Program-made: the position numbers and the translations under genes | Shown: in pieces, positions 50,886 to 63,637 of the stretch | How positions within the stretch are numbered: position 1 is the stretch's first letter | How the letters are laid out: the number at the start of each line of letters is the position of its first letter | NCBI GenBank assembly: GCA_965645245.1 | Contig: OZ287073.1 | Coordinates: 1,364,001 to 1,428,000, forward strand | Source: Massalongia carnosa | Taxonomy: Eukaryota | Length of the DNA: 64,000 bases | Direction of reading: 5' to 3' | The notes under the pieces: generated by a model | Seen by the model: only the letters and a program-made list of their open reading frames with translations | What the model was told of the DNA's origin: nothing | The model's database searches: none

Positions 50886-52992
50886 CTACGCCTGTTTCGA
50901 TGAAGAATTAACCTTTGGCCTGATCTCCAGCTTCTTTGGTGCGCTACGAGTACTCGAGCTAGCATCGTCCTTCATTCCTATCTTTTTTGGGCGAGCAACC
51001 GGCGCGCTCTTCGCTGATGGCTGTTTAGGGGCAGCATGTTTTACTTCAAGTTTCTTCGGAGCTGGGGGTGAATCCTGTTTTGCTGCGGACTTCTTTATCG
51101 TCTGGGCCGCTGCTTTGCTTCCGTCTAGCTTCTTGGGTAAGGCCTTCGGTAGCGCGGGGGTTACTTGGACCATAGGTTCTAGTTTTTTTCGTGCCGAATT
51201 TCCTCCCTGTTTCACCTCGAGCCCCTTTGGTGATGGGTTCGCTAGTTTGTTAGCAGTTGGCTTCGAAGCTGCCGCCTTCATCTGCGGCTGCTTCTTGACG
51301 CCATTAACTTGCTCCTTCATCGCGTCTGCCTTATTAGGCGCATTCTGGAAGGCCGAGCCTTTGACAAGGACTCCATTCTGAAGGGCCAGCTTGTGGGTTC
51401 TCAACGCCTCGATAACTGTTTTCTGATGCAAAGAACTGCTCTCCAAGGCTTTTCGAATCGTCCCTTGATCCATCGCTAGTTTCTGAGTCGTCCTCGCGTT
51501 TTTAACCCCAAATGTTTCATTACCAAAAGCCTTGAGGACTGAGTCCAATAACTCCGGCTTATCCGGTAACTTGATGTTGTTTTTCTCCATGGCCTCGACC
51601 ACAATAGCCTTTCTATCAATCGATTTTGCTATTTTTCTTGGTAGCGCACCGTAAAAAACGTACAAAACTAGTGCAAAGAGACCGATCGGCGCGAAGACTT
51701 GTAGAAAATCGTACCAGTTTGTTGGTTTAACTTCCGTATCAATGTAGCCAGCTCCTCGACGAATCTTTCCATCACGCCCTTTACTGACGCCCGTATCTGC
51801 CGGAAATCGGCCTGTTCGATAGTAGCCCTCAAGCAGCCTGTCCTTTTCTGTCCATCGCGCTCTAAGCCAATGCTCGAATGCATGTGAGTCGTTAATGGGT
51901 ATATCGGATACCGCAAAGCGGCGCCAATACATATTGACTGATTTTGGAGGGTTGCCTCCAAAATACGAGGCGCCTAGGGTATAAATATCCTGGGCGTACT
52001 GCCCGCGACTGTTGGAAGTTAGAAAGTCAACTTAATGTGTAAGGGGAATAGGTGCGCACGGAACACCCTCGTATGCAATGGTACAATCATAGACATAGTC
52101 AACTGTCTTGTGCAGCTCCTGCAAACAAAATTGAAGCCCAGTGCTTCGAGGCAACAGCTGATGTTGCATGTCATCAATATTGTTCTTGTCTGCCCATTTC
52201 TTACTATTTGCCCTGGTGCAATCGGCAAGGTTAGTACCTTCCGGAAACATCATCAACCACATTGGATCTGATGCCTTGTTGAGCTTTTGCAGATGAGTTG
52301 AGAGGTGATGCTTATCCTGCTCCCAGTTCCGTTTAAGAAAAATAAATTGGGAGAATTGCATTCCCCAGCCGAGGATGGGTATTTTTTTCAACGATTCCTT
52401 GAGAACAATATACACACGGCCATGCATGCCCGCAGTGTACGCAATCCACCACAAGTAAAGCCAGTCAGTATAAATCTATCGCCCGTCAGCTTGGGTTTCT
52501 TTGCTCAACTCGTTTACAAAGCACCTGATGGTTTGCAATCAAAACCAGCCTTTCGGGGAACGTGCTTAGCAAACTACCATCCATGGTCTTATGCAGCTGC
52601 CCTCGAACACTCTTGTGCCCACTGACCCTCACGACGGTCGGCGCCCAACATTGGGTCATGGTCATGATAAGAAGCCCCCATGACTGTTTGGTGAATGCTA
52701 TCCATGCATTATACCAGTCTTCGTTAATGAGATACAGTGGACCCCCAAGAAACTGCGATACATTGATCCTGGGAAGGGTTGTCGTTAGCTTGTATGCTTA
52801 CACTCATGGTACTACAACTTACGCCATGGAACCTGAAAGAAAATAGGATCCCAAAGCTAACGCCCGTGAAGCTTGAGAAGATTCGTCATTTTGAAGCGAA
52901 CTTGCTGATTGTTTGGTTGTTAAACCAGCACCATAGTCTACTCCATCTTTGGGTTTTGCCGAAGAAACTGGGCCAGGACCCTGGATGGCCAT
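50886..52992 (-). CDS. PlsC-family lysophospholipid acyltransferase (Cst26/LCLAT-like) with a long basic C-terminal extension
   Basis: Spliced NHQ|IYTDW motif, LKESLKKIPILGWGMQ, FIFLKRNW, FPEGT, LLPRSTGL, YDCTIAY, WLRARWTEKDRLL. Confidence 0.9.
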
Positions 52993-53104
52993 ATTGAGAA
53001 CTCACTTAATTCAGGAGATAAATCGAAATATCAGGAAGAACCATAACCCAAAATTAATGTTTGGCGGCTCATGAAATGCCGATTTTTTGAACCTCGAAAA
53101 CTAG

Positions 53105-53114
53105 ATGACGTCAT
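53105..53114. promoter_or_regulatory. Perfect CRE palindrome ATGACGTCAT
   Basis: About 113 bp upstream of the acyltransferase ATG (52992). Confidence 0.5.
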
Positions 53115-53399
53115 GTTAAAAACCGTGATTCCGGATCTTTGACTCGCGTGACCGAGAACATCCAATAAGGCACAGTGACTGATACTATTAAATTGACCGT
53201 GATGTCTGAGAGGTTATGAGTATTGATGAAACTAGAATTCGAAATGACTAAGCATACAATATCTCAAATTCACGAAAACCATCATAGATGAACATAGTAC
53301 AGGTGCTCCCAATTCATCCTCAACATACATATAAACTCGTTAAATATCTCCTGCTCTAGGTGGATGCAGATCCTTGAGATAACTCATGATATCCTCCCT

Positions 53400-54149
53400 T
53401 TACTTCTTCACGGCCGCAGGAGCCTTCGAAGAAGGCGGTTTGCTTACACCCCCCTTGTCGGTACCAGCCATTTGGGACGCTACTCGCTTGGCCAATATTT
53501 GGCTAGATGTCAATGTATTGCCCCCAGCCTTCCCTTTCGCCGAGGCTGGCTTCGAAGCCGCTGATATTGTTTTTGGGGCTGCTGCTGTCGACTTTGCAGC
53601 TGAAGGAGCGGGCTTCGGAGGGACTGTTGCAGCTTTTGGAGTCGATGAGGCAGCTTTTGGATTTGATGGAACGGGTTTGGAAGGAGCCAGCGGAGCGGGC
53701 TTAGAAGCAGCCGGTGGAGCGGCAGTGGTAGCTTTCTTGGGGGGCGGAACGCCTGTAATTCGCTTCTTGGCTGGTGGAGCAGCAATTTGTTTCTTAGGCA
53801 CGGGGGCTGTTACCTGTTTCTTGGAGGTTGCGTTCGTTTTCGACGTGGTGGTGCCAAAATTGAATGGAACACTTCTGCTCATACTGCCTCCCAAACCCAG
53901 CGGGTTGGCCGCCGTGCCCACACGTGGTCCTGGCGCCTTTGTATAGTCTTTAACATAGTTGCCTGTGTCTTTTGCATAGTCCCCCCAACCCCTCGCTACA
54001 CCAGTAACGCTATCGCCAATGCCCTGGCCTGTTGAGGAAATGACGGTTCCAACACCAGCAACCGTGTCCCCAGCAACCGCGCCTGCGCCTGCTATGGCAC
54101 CATTGATTGTATTGGTGATAACGTTGTAGACTGGGTCAAGTAGGCCCAT
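53400..54149 (-). CDS. Hypothetical 249-aa protein: Gly/Ala/Val-rich N-terminus plus Lys/Pro/Ala-rich tail
   Basis: Intronless ORF with ATG in good context (ATAATGG). N-terminus GLLDPVYNVITNTINGAIAGAGAVAGDTVAGVG..RGWGDYAKDTGNYVKDYT. Confidence 0.8.
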   Translation of the reverse strand: MGLLDPVYNVITNTINGAIAGAGAVAGDTVAGVGTVISSTGQGIGDSVTGVARGWGDYAKDTGNYVKDYTKAPGPRVGTAANPLGLGGSMSRSVPFNFGTTTSKTNATSKKQVTAPVPKKQIAAPPAKKRITGVPPPKKATTAAPPAASKPAPLAPSKPVPSNPKAASSTPKAATVPPKPAPSAAKSTAAAPKTISAASKPASAKGKAGGNTLTSSQILAKRVASQMAGTDKGGVSKPPSSKAPAAVKK

Positions 54150-54304
54150 TATTGCGAGACGCAGATGCCCTATATCTATGGGCGAAGGCTAAAAATTAGA
54201 ATTGCGCAATAAACGACTGAAGCTGAGAGTTCCTTGATTACAAAACAAGAATCAGAGATGGCATAGACATGTCAACTTCCATGGTGGAACCTGGTTTGAG
54301 TATG

Positions 54305-54312
54305 TGACGTCA
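54305..54312. promoter_or_regulatory. Perfect CRE palindrome TGACGTCA
   Basis: About 156 bp upstream of the ATG at 54149. Confidence 0.5.
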
Positions 54313-54733
54313 GAATTCAGATCATGCCTTAAGCTTAATCCGGCCCTGGCACGTGAATTTAATCCATTATTGAAGAGAGTTTCCTTGCACAAGCGCAGCA
54401 TAACGTAAGGAGTCTAGGCGTACATCTTCTTCATTTACCCTTTCTGATTGACACTCTTGAATTTCTTGCTCTAGCACTTCCACGCATAGATAAAGAAGGA
54501 CTAAGCATAGCGCTCGCTCATATGTTGATCATGGGAAGGCAAAAGGCTTCTCTGAGGGGCGAAGGTGACAAGGAAATGTATCTGAGTACTCCGTACAAGG
54601 GTTTCAAAGCACTAAAGAGAAGGCCAACTAGCAAAAGATGCGCTTATGTCCTAACTCCATGTCATCCATCCCATATCCGTGAATTATTCAACCTCGGAGA
54701 AAGTCACTTAGGATCTTGGCAACAGATAACACC

Positions 54734-55493
54734 TTAGTTAGGTGAAAAGGGATCTACCATTGGGTCAACTGGTAATTGGCCTTGTGCGAATCCTGTCGTC
54801 GAATCTGATTCGTCACTGTTGGTTGGGAGCTGGTCAATCCCAAACGATGTAATAGGAGATATGTTATCGGCGCCGATGTTTGTAAGCGTTGTGTCAAGGC
54901 CAATCTCAGGGCTTGGTTCAATGGCACTAGCCATGTTCTGATTCAGATTGTTAGGCGCACTAGACGTACAGCCTCTATGAGTAGTCGCAATTTCGTTGCT
55001 GTAAAATCTTTTACCCTTGCGATTGCTGGGCTGATCCACCGGACACATCAATTTGGCATCGTCACAATTCAATCCGGGGCCAATTTCTACACCAGGAAGT
55101 GGCTATGCGCACATCGTAATCGTATCAGCACTCTAGCAAGCCAGTCCCAGAGCCTTCATCAGGACTACATACGTGAAATTGTGCACAGCATTTCCAATTT
55201 TCTTGGTGTCGACATGCGTTCTCGGTCTCACCAACTACCCAAAAGCTTCAGCCATATCCAGTCACCAATCATTCTTGATACTTATGTAGGAATGCGTTCT
55301 GGAGGAGTTGCAGTTCGGATGGAAGATTTGGACGTATGTACGTACATTGATGGCAGTCGAGAATATTTCCGCCCTCCAGCTCCATACCGATGCAACACAC
55401 TTTTTCTGGCTTACTTGGGTCACAGAAAGGATCGATTAAAGCATTGACTATTGCCATTGAAGTAAACATAGTAGATACGATAGAGAGCCGCAT
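54734..55493 (-). CDS. Secreted hydrophobin-like protein (8-Cys pattern) with C-terminal extension
   Basis: Signal peptide MRLSIVSTMFTSMAIVNA. Two introns (GTACGT..TAG, GTATGT..TAG) join FC-x8-CC-x12-C-x9-C-x7-CC-x16-C in frame. Confidence 0.7.
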
Positions 55494-58400
55494 GGTATCA
55501 GAAGTCGAGCGAGTAGATCAATGATGTAGAACAAAAATCTTGATGTAAGGGCTCGTTGAGGGTTCAGGTGAACTTATATTGAACCCTTCTCACCCGTTCG
55601 TACCCATCTATCTCAAGCAACGAAAGATTGGATAAATTGTCGGTATTACCCAGACCAAAATACTCCGAAGGGAAAAGTCGAGGACTCCGCCGTCGCCGAG
55701 TCACAATGACATCTACTATATAACGCGGCCAGGTACAGAATAGAGAAAGTGACTTCTACACAAATGCCGTTACTAATATGTGCAGAACACTTTGCCTACC
55801 AAGAAAGTCTCGCCAATATTGAGCTTGAGTGCCTAGGTTATGCAAAGCACGGGTGTTTGATATCTTGCCGTTCGTTTGTAACTTGGCGACGTTTTAAGAT
55901 GTCCTCTAGAAAGTTTTTCGGATCTAAAACATGGCAAGTTAGGATTAGAATACACAAAAGGAATTTCGGAGATCATCGTATTATTCAATTGTAGAACTTA
56001 GACCCAGAGGAGCAGAGTTCTATCCTTAATTTAGATTTTTTTGCTGCAGGGAGTCGCTAACTAGCTCTTATCACGCGAACTTGTCATTGCTCTCAGTTAA
56101 GTGCGGTTCTTTACTAAACCAACGAACCTGACTTCGTGTGCGTGTGAAAAATATTCACTCGTTTATTCCCATCAAGAATCTGCTACGAAATTCTAGGCGT
56201 TCTTATTGCTTGGGCCAAGATTTGACTACCAGTCATATCTTTGTAGCTTCGAAGGTGTCAGACTCTTGAGTAGAAGCCATGTCCTATGTCGATACGGGTC
56301 AGATTGTAATCTAAAAGACTACCGTTCAGTAGGGCTAGCCTATCAGTTTCTAGGTGAAACATAGTGATCGGGTTAGCCTAATCAAAGGCGTCAGTCAACG
56401 AGTAAGATAGGACTGTTGCCAAGGTGGGTAACAACGCATAGGAGAAGTCAACTCGTGACGACCACCCATTTAGGCGTAACATGGCTTCTTTTGTTCATCC
56501 ACCAGGTGGAGAAGTGCGAGAGATAATCAACATGCCATGGGCGAAGTCCAGTTAGCGAGTGTTGTAAAGATTAGGTTTGATAATGACGATAAGACAACCG
56601 ACCCCCGATACGTATCGCAATGCCTGTACAGAGTAAGCCATGACTAGATAGAAAGTAGTCAAAGTTCCGCGTACCGGCCAACCGGCGTTTATCTCGACTC
56701 ATGCCAAGGCTAAGCCGACAAGACTAATAATCCTAGCCGCCTTTAGCACATGAGAAAAGAAAAGAAAAGGATTTCAGTCTCCGATAAGATTGTAGAATAA
56801 GCTCTATCTGCTCGTGTGATGCTCACAGGCTAGGAAGGATAAACTCATTTTGAAGAAAGCATCTGGGGAGTCGATCTGGTTCATTTGTCAAGAACATCAT
56901 AAGGATGAGCTATTAGTACGATATGAAATCCGATCGCTAGAGTTATACTCTGTAAAGACACTCAAAGTCGAAGCCTTGCATTGAGGTACAACTTAGGTAA
57001 GTAGTCTCCTCCTTGCCATGTATGGGTACGCCATGTGTATATGCATCCAGCCGACCAAAAGCCTCGGATGGACTCAGCCGGGAAATACCAGCAATTCATC
57101 CACGACCGGTTCGTCATATCTGCTTTCGGGCTTGCCCGACAGAAGAGTTATTATATCTTGATGGTCGTTCGGATCTCTGATGGATTAGGTGCATATCTAG
57201 CCTTATCAGGGGAAGCTCTCGCCGCATAGCTTTCGTCAGGCCGCAGTAGCAGTCATTCGCCTCGATTCTGTTAGCCTCAACAACGGCAGTGATAGAAAAT
57301 TATTATCGGCCTCAAGGCTAGATCACTCAGTTTTATTTCATATAAACATTAAATCTGCCTTGGCAGCGAAAGTCCATTCGAGTTTCGGTAAGGATAACGG
57401 CTGGAGAGGTGGCCGTGTTAATATTTTAGTCCCTGGTTGCGGGATGCTGGGAAAGTAGCGAAAGTTATATTTAGTGTAGGCGTGAACACTCCTGCTCGCT
57501 AGTCTTTTTGACGGAAAGATAAGGATATGTTTGGCGTGACGAAGCCTACCGATACTAAAAGAAGGCCCTGCGTAGAGGAATAATCTCATCAATGTAACAC
57601 CTCCGGAAGAGAGCATGTAGGAGATAACAACGTATGTTCAACCCAGAACATCCCATAGTTCAAGCCTATAATTCATTAGGAACTACTCGAAACTTGTAGC
57701 TCCCTCGCAGCCAGCAGACAACGATTATTTTCTCCGGAACGGTCACGATCTTGTCTTCCTTAAGGAATTGGCATAAACGTAACAAAAGGCTACTTAGAAG
57801 ACAATCTTGATATAGTTTCATCCTATCATCCTAGCCACAAATGTAAGATCATTGGCGCAATTTATTGACCTACGTCAGGACCATGTGGCACAAGCTCTAG
57901 CCAAAGGCTAATACCTAGGTACGGCAGATAACAATATGGGCTATGGTGGCTCTCCCAACTTGCGTATCTTATCATATGCGAAAAAGTCTAGAGATTATTT
58001 TGGCAACTACCGACAGACTTGCATGCGTGCCATGCCGCGTTTCTGAAGAAAAGGCTGCACATGAGGGCATTTTCTGGGTAGATGTGTATATTCACTAAGC
58101 CGTTGACTGGGAATATTCGTTTCCAGTTAAGGAAATCCCTGATCTTGAATTTCTGTTGGGTAGCGCCTGCAGATTCGGCCTCTTCGAATACTAGTGTACA
58201 AGATGTGAGCCCATTCATTATGTTCAAGCTAGTGGTCGATGGTATCTCTAACAATGAATGATACTGCAAGAGATCCAGAAGATTGACCCTATATCATCTT
58301 GTGTAGAGAACTTTAGCGACTTTATGTATGACAGCTGAAATCTACTCTATCGTTCGTAACTGTAGGTCGTTGGGGAAGCTCAATGCAGGAGCAGCTACTA

Positions 58401-59830
58401 TCACGGTTCTCTGGCACCCTCAAAATTGGACGTTGAGACGATCAAGCTAAATTACGGAAAAATTCTAGTTCCTTAGTAGTTTGTCCAAGGTCTCGATGCT
58501 AGACAACTCCGCGGTTTCAACGTATTGATTTTAATGTGTACCTAAACCAACCACGGATTTCTCAGAAAACTGTCATGAGCAGCACTAGCGGAAAGCATAA
58601 GTGGTTAAAAAAAAACAAATCAGGCACTCAACTCAAGGCTCGACGTAAGCAATTGTAAAATACTAGGGACTAGGAGGGCCTCAACCAGGATATTTATCGA
58701 AACAGAATTGACATGTATAGAGTGGAGGAGAATGGCGAACCCTTGTTTTCAGCCTGAAATGAGCCGTGGCCAATTGAAAGGGAGAATATCTAAAGTAAGA
58801 GTGAAACTTCGCTTCCCTGTTAAGCAAAAAGAATGGTCAGCCCCTATTCGACCTAACAGTAGCCTCTAGGGCTACTCCTTGACGTATATATACCTACTCT
58901 GGTAACCAGGCTCATTACATCATCCTCGAGGTTTCTTCTTGGTAAGCCAAGTATACCATAGCAGAAAGAGAAACCTCGATTATAGTATCAAGCTACAAGT
59001 TATGTGCAAAACATTTGCTCCCGCCATGACGGAGATAATAGAGCCCTGATGGAGACCTTTCTCACAGTAGCGCTACTAGCACAGACCCTAGGAAAGCTTC
59101 GAAAGGACGGCATGGCGGCTCTGTATTTCGTAAGTATAGCTCATAATGTAGTGTGAATATAAACGAGCCTGGGAAGATGGCTAGATTCAGGTAACCCATA
59201 GATTTTCGAATCCATAGAAAGATCCGCGGCTGTGTCACTCGCCTGAAGCCCTTATGAGAATAGCCATATGGCCTCAAGAATGATCTAAGACAGCTACATG
59301 TTTGACATTGTTTGGCGGGAAGGATTACAATGCAAAAGCTAGGTGAAGCGATTGACGGATCCGAATAGCTTCTGATAGGCCAGAAGTTAAACCCTTTCTT
59401 CCAGAATGTTTTGATTAGCAATGCTTCCCCTAGATACTCCCTTACAGGCAAATGTGAACGATGCTACTAAAGAGGGTGTAAGAACTTTGATTTGCTCGTC
59501 AAGAGCTGCTCAAGTCTCATTAGCTCAGCTTTGATTATGTATATGCTGTCAAAGGACACAAAGCTGGTTCCGTACGACTGAAAGCTAATCGTAATGTCTC
59601 GTGATAACTAAGGACCTATGAAAAGAAGTCGACAAATACACCTTTTCAAGCTTAATTAGAGATATTATGGCATCATAACGAAATATCCACTCGTGGGCTA
59701 TTAGATACTAGCTTTCGGGTATTCAAGAACAACTCAAAGCAGAATACCGTATAATCTAGCAAACAAGACTCTAGTCTTATGTCAATTGGTCGCCCGGAGT
59801 CCATTTGGGACCGGTTCTTACATATGGGGT

Positions 59831-60095
59831 CACGCGGCTGACAAAAAAACCGGGACACCAAAAACTTGAGCACTCTTACGCGTAGAACAATATCATGCAA
59901 TTATTTTTTCCTACACTTTATAATTTCAGGAATTTAAAATTGATATGTGTTCTGTCATCTGAGAAGACTTCAAGGTTTTTCAGGTTGTTTTTGTTGCCGA
60001 ATGATTTTCAAGAAAAAATGTTTTTTTTTTTAAAGTTTGCTTGATTTGTTCCGGGAAGCAGGTTTTGGTGTCCCGGGTTTTTTGTCAGCCGCGTG
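59831..60095. mobile_element. 265-bp non-autonomous CAC-terminated TIR element (CACTA/CMC-type MITE)
   Basis: About 35-bp TIR CACGCGGCTGACAAAAAA(A)CCGGGACACCAAAA at both ends. 3-bp TSD GGT (59828-59830 and 60096-60098). AT-rich interior. Confidence 0.85.
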
Positions 60096-60165
60096 GGTCT
60101 TGCCTCAGTAACTCGGAGCCCCTCCGGGTTAGCCTATTTCGCCAAGCTCCTTCGGATTAGCGTCT

Positions 60166-60633
60166 CAGCTGACTAACGTGGCCGCTATAGTACGTCTGAG
60201 CGCAAAACTCAATATTACGGTCAGATATTCGTAATAAATCGTGCGATTTTTCGATATTTTGACGTCTTGCTTTTTATTTTGACACGGGCTATTTCTTCGA
60301 AAGACTTCAAGTAGAGTTTGTATAGAAAGTTTCCTGAAATTCCTCTTCGTTGTAAAGTTTATGTAAGGCAATCTGATTGCACTTCGCATAGAAATCGAGA
60401 ATCGACTTAACGAAAATAGCAAGATGCATGTAAAATTGCTCTGCACGTTATAAAAATAAATAAAGATTGAACTTTATAACGAAAAAATCAAAATACATTA
60501 ACCATGATCATATCAAGCGACGAAGATGTTACAAACCTGAAGTTGTGATGTTATTTTATAAGGTCGAAATCGTGATCGTTAAGCCATATCTGACCCTAAT
60601 CTTTTGCTATAGATGTGCTGCGTAGTCAGCCTG
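60166..60633. mobile_element. Degenerate AT-rich TIR element relic
   Basis: Imperfect inverted ends CAGCTGACTAACGTGGCCGCTATAG and (reverse complement) CAGGCTGACTACGCAGCACATCTATAG around an AT-rich interior. No clear TSD. Confidence 0.4.
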
Positions 60634-61036
60634 TTAACTGTCATGGAATTACCTCGCACCCTCCCACGTTTCCTGATCGGGTTAGTATTTACCAGGCTCC
60701 CTGCATGTTGAATGGAACCGTGGCCCGTTATTCCGAACTATCCTGAAACCTCACCCCATGTGTTCAGACGTTCTTCCGCTGCCTTCAGTGCACTCCTATA
60801 TCCCGAATCCAATCTCAACGTCTCCACTATCCAAGCCTACGACTGGGATTGCCCAGCAGAGAGAGATTGCTTCGGCATGGAGAAAGGCGGAACAGGTCAA
60901 AGCGATCATGGTTAGGAAATTAGAACAGGAACAGAAATGAGGGCAAGTCAAGAATAGGGGAGCTGGAAGCCATGGCTATAAAACCTATGTGGTTTCTCAG
61001 GTGTTTGAAGCTCTTCGTCGGACGTCTTGTATACTA

Positions 61037-62845
61037 ACGTATTTACTAGCCAATCGGGCCAGCTACCCATTCGGGCCACCCACCAAAACCAACACCAAAA
61101 TTTCAACTTTTTCGCCTTGCATCTTGTACTACACCACCATGGCCTCATCAAATGAAACCATCATTGATGTTAATAGTTCTGATACTAGAATGGAATTAGC
61201 TATCGCTGAGTTGAAAAGAAATCCTGCTATATCTCAGCGTCAATTAGCTAAGGAGTATAACGTGCCTAGATCTACCCTTCAAGCACGTATTCACGGTCGG
61301 AAATCAGCCAAAACCTATCATGAAGAGTCTTCAACGATTATCAGTAATTGAGGAAAGGGCTCTGATTGGCTGGATAGAACAGATGACCGAGTGGGGCTGG
61401 CCCCCACGCATACAACATCTAGAAAGCATGGCAAAAAATCTTCTGAATGCGAAGGGCGATAGCGAGCCTTTGGGTCATTGTTGGTATCCGAATTTTTTAA
61501 AGAGACACCCTGATTTCAAGTGCAAACACAGTAGAAATCTGGATCAAGTCCGAAAAGATGCTGGAAACGTTGATATCATAAAAGACTGGTATCAATTATA
61601 CTCGACTACCCGAACGAAGTATGGAATAGCCGACGGAGATGTATACAACATGGATGAAAAAGGGTTTGCCATGGGCATCGCCGATAGCTCCAAAGTGTTA
61701 GTAAAAGTCACTGAAGCTGAAGCATTCAACGTCCATTCGGGTAATAGGGACTGGGTTTCAATGATTGAATGTGTTTCATCTTTGGGATCCGTTTTACCAG
61801 CTTATTTTATATTTCAAGGAGTTCGAGTACAGCAAGCCTGGCTAGGTCCTATCAAGGATAATAGGACCACCTTACAAGTCAGTCCCAATGGATGGACCAC
61901 CAACGAAATAGCACTCCATTGGCTGAAAGAGGTGTTCGATTTGCATACTCGACATACGCAGGGCGTTTATAGACTTCTTATACTCGATGGACACGAAAGT
62001 CATGTATCTATCGATTTTATGACTTATTGCGAGCAACATAAAATCATACCGCTTTGTTTGCCCCCTCATTCAACTCATCTATTGCAACCTCTGGATGTGG
62101 GCGTTTTTTCACCTCTAGCTAAGGCCTATAAAAAACGGGTAGCAAATCACTCTCGCTATGGGGCCGTCAACGTTTCGAAGATAGATTTTCTAAGTTATAT
62201 TCAGGAGGCTAGAAAGGAGGCCATGACTATTATCAACATCAGCTCTGCATGGCGAGGTGCAGGTCTAGTACCACTCGATCCAAATTATGTTCTAGCTAAA
62301 GTATCGAGATCAAAACCTTTTCCGCGTGATATTAACGCTATCAGTACTCCGAAAACAATCAAGAAAATCAGAGAGACTAGTGAGACCCTTCTACAAAATA
62401 TAACTCCGTCTCTTCGAGGGCCTGTTGAACAGCTGAAAATCATAGCTCTTAATGCTATTGCTGATAAAACCATTCTAACACAGTCAAATCAGGAGCTTAT
62501 TGATAAACAAAAGACTCGACGTACAAAGCAGTCTAGAAAGGGTTGTGAAAAGGCTAAGGTGCTGACTGTGGGTGCAGCACGTACAATGATGGAAGAAAAG
62601 GAGAAGGCGGCTGAGGCAATAGCCAATCAAAAGGCTAGATATCATGCCTTAAACGGAAAGGTAAAATTTGCGAAAATAGTATATAAAGAGATGGGTATGG
62701 ATATTGATATTTTCATGTAATTATATTGGAAATAGATGATGATAAAATCATGTAATAATGGTTGTTAAGTTGATAAGATGATTTGGTCAAATTTTTGGTG
62801 GGGTGGCCCGACTGGGTAGCTGGCCCGTTTGGCTAGTAAATACGT
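61037..62845 (+). mobile_element. Full-length Fot1/pogo (Tc1-mariner superfamily) transposon
   Basis: About 50-bp TIRs ACGTATTTACTAGCCAA.CGGGCCAGCTACCCA.TCGGGCCACC. TA TSD at 61035-61036 and 62846-62847. Confidence 0.95.
61139..62720 (+). pseudogene. Fot1/pogo DDE_1 transposase with one frameshift near 61320
   Basis: HTH SQRQLAKEYNVPRSTLQAR, then YNMDEKGF, LLILDGHESH, LPPHSTHLLQPLDVGVFSPL. N- and C-terminal parts lie in different frames. Confidence 0.92.
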
Positions 62846-63637
62846 TATCCCTAGACCTAGCTTTCTAATAGTAACTCTGGACCTTGTCCGTGACATTAAC
62901 CTGAAGGGGCTTAACGTTCTGTAAGAAGGTTAGCCTAAGGCACTTAGGCAATACGAATGAAATAGTATTAGTCAGCCCATTTGTACAAACGCGCATCTCG
63001 CTGAATTTTCACCTCGTAAATCAACATTTGTTTACGCAACTCATCATCGATTTGACAGTTCAGCTTGTTATGACTTCCTCTTAGGTTCAGAATACCATGT
63101 CAACTTCAAAATAGCCTCATCCTGAGCCTATTGCAAAGCCTTCAGGTCTTCGCAGCATAACAGGAGGCTGGTAAGATGGATGCTGAAGAGGAGTAAATTC
63201 CTGAATTTTAAGAAAAGATACGTGATCTATGGTGAAGTTTATATACGAAAATAAGTATCTTTTCTTATCATTTGAAAGGACATGGTCTTATGGGCCAATT
63301 CCCCCTGCGTTTGAAATTAGTCAATCAGAACAGGGTCTTATGGACAAGGTTGCCAGATTATAAAGTATCCCGAGCCGAATCTCAATGAATCAAGTATAAG
63401 TAGGCACGATAGGCAGATATATAATCGTGCTGAACCACTTTCGGAATGGAAGGGCATCCCTTAGTCCTTACCATCTCAATGACGCATTGGGCTCAATGTC
63501 GTTTTTTTTCACCATCTACCCACCAAACAATTCACCACATCATCAAAACAACCCCGATTGTGAATGTTTCAATTTTGATACGTAGGGAATTGACTAATCT
63601 ACCAAAGGTGTGTCGTTGGTGAGAAAGGCTATTTGAT

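Noticed and set aside
50791..53946. Plus-strand ORFs 50791-51381 and 53386-53946
   Set aside because: Antisense shadows of the K/P/A-rich minus-strand genes.
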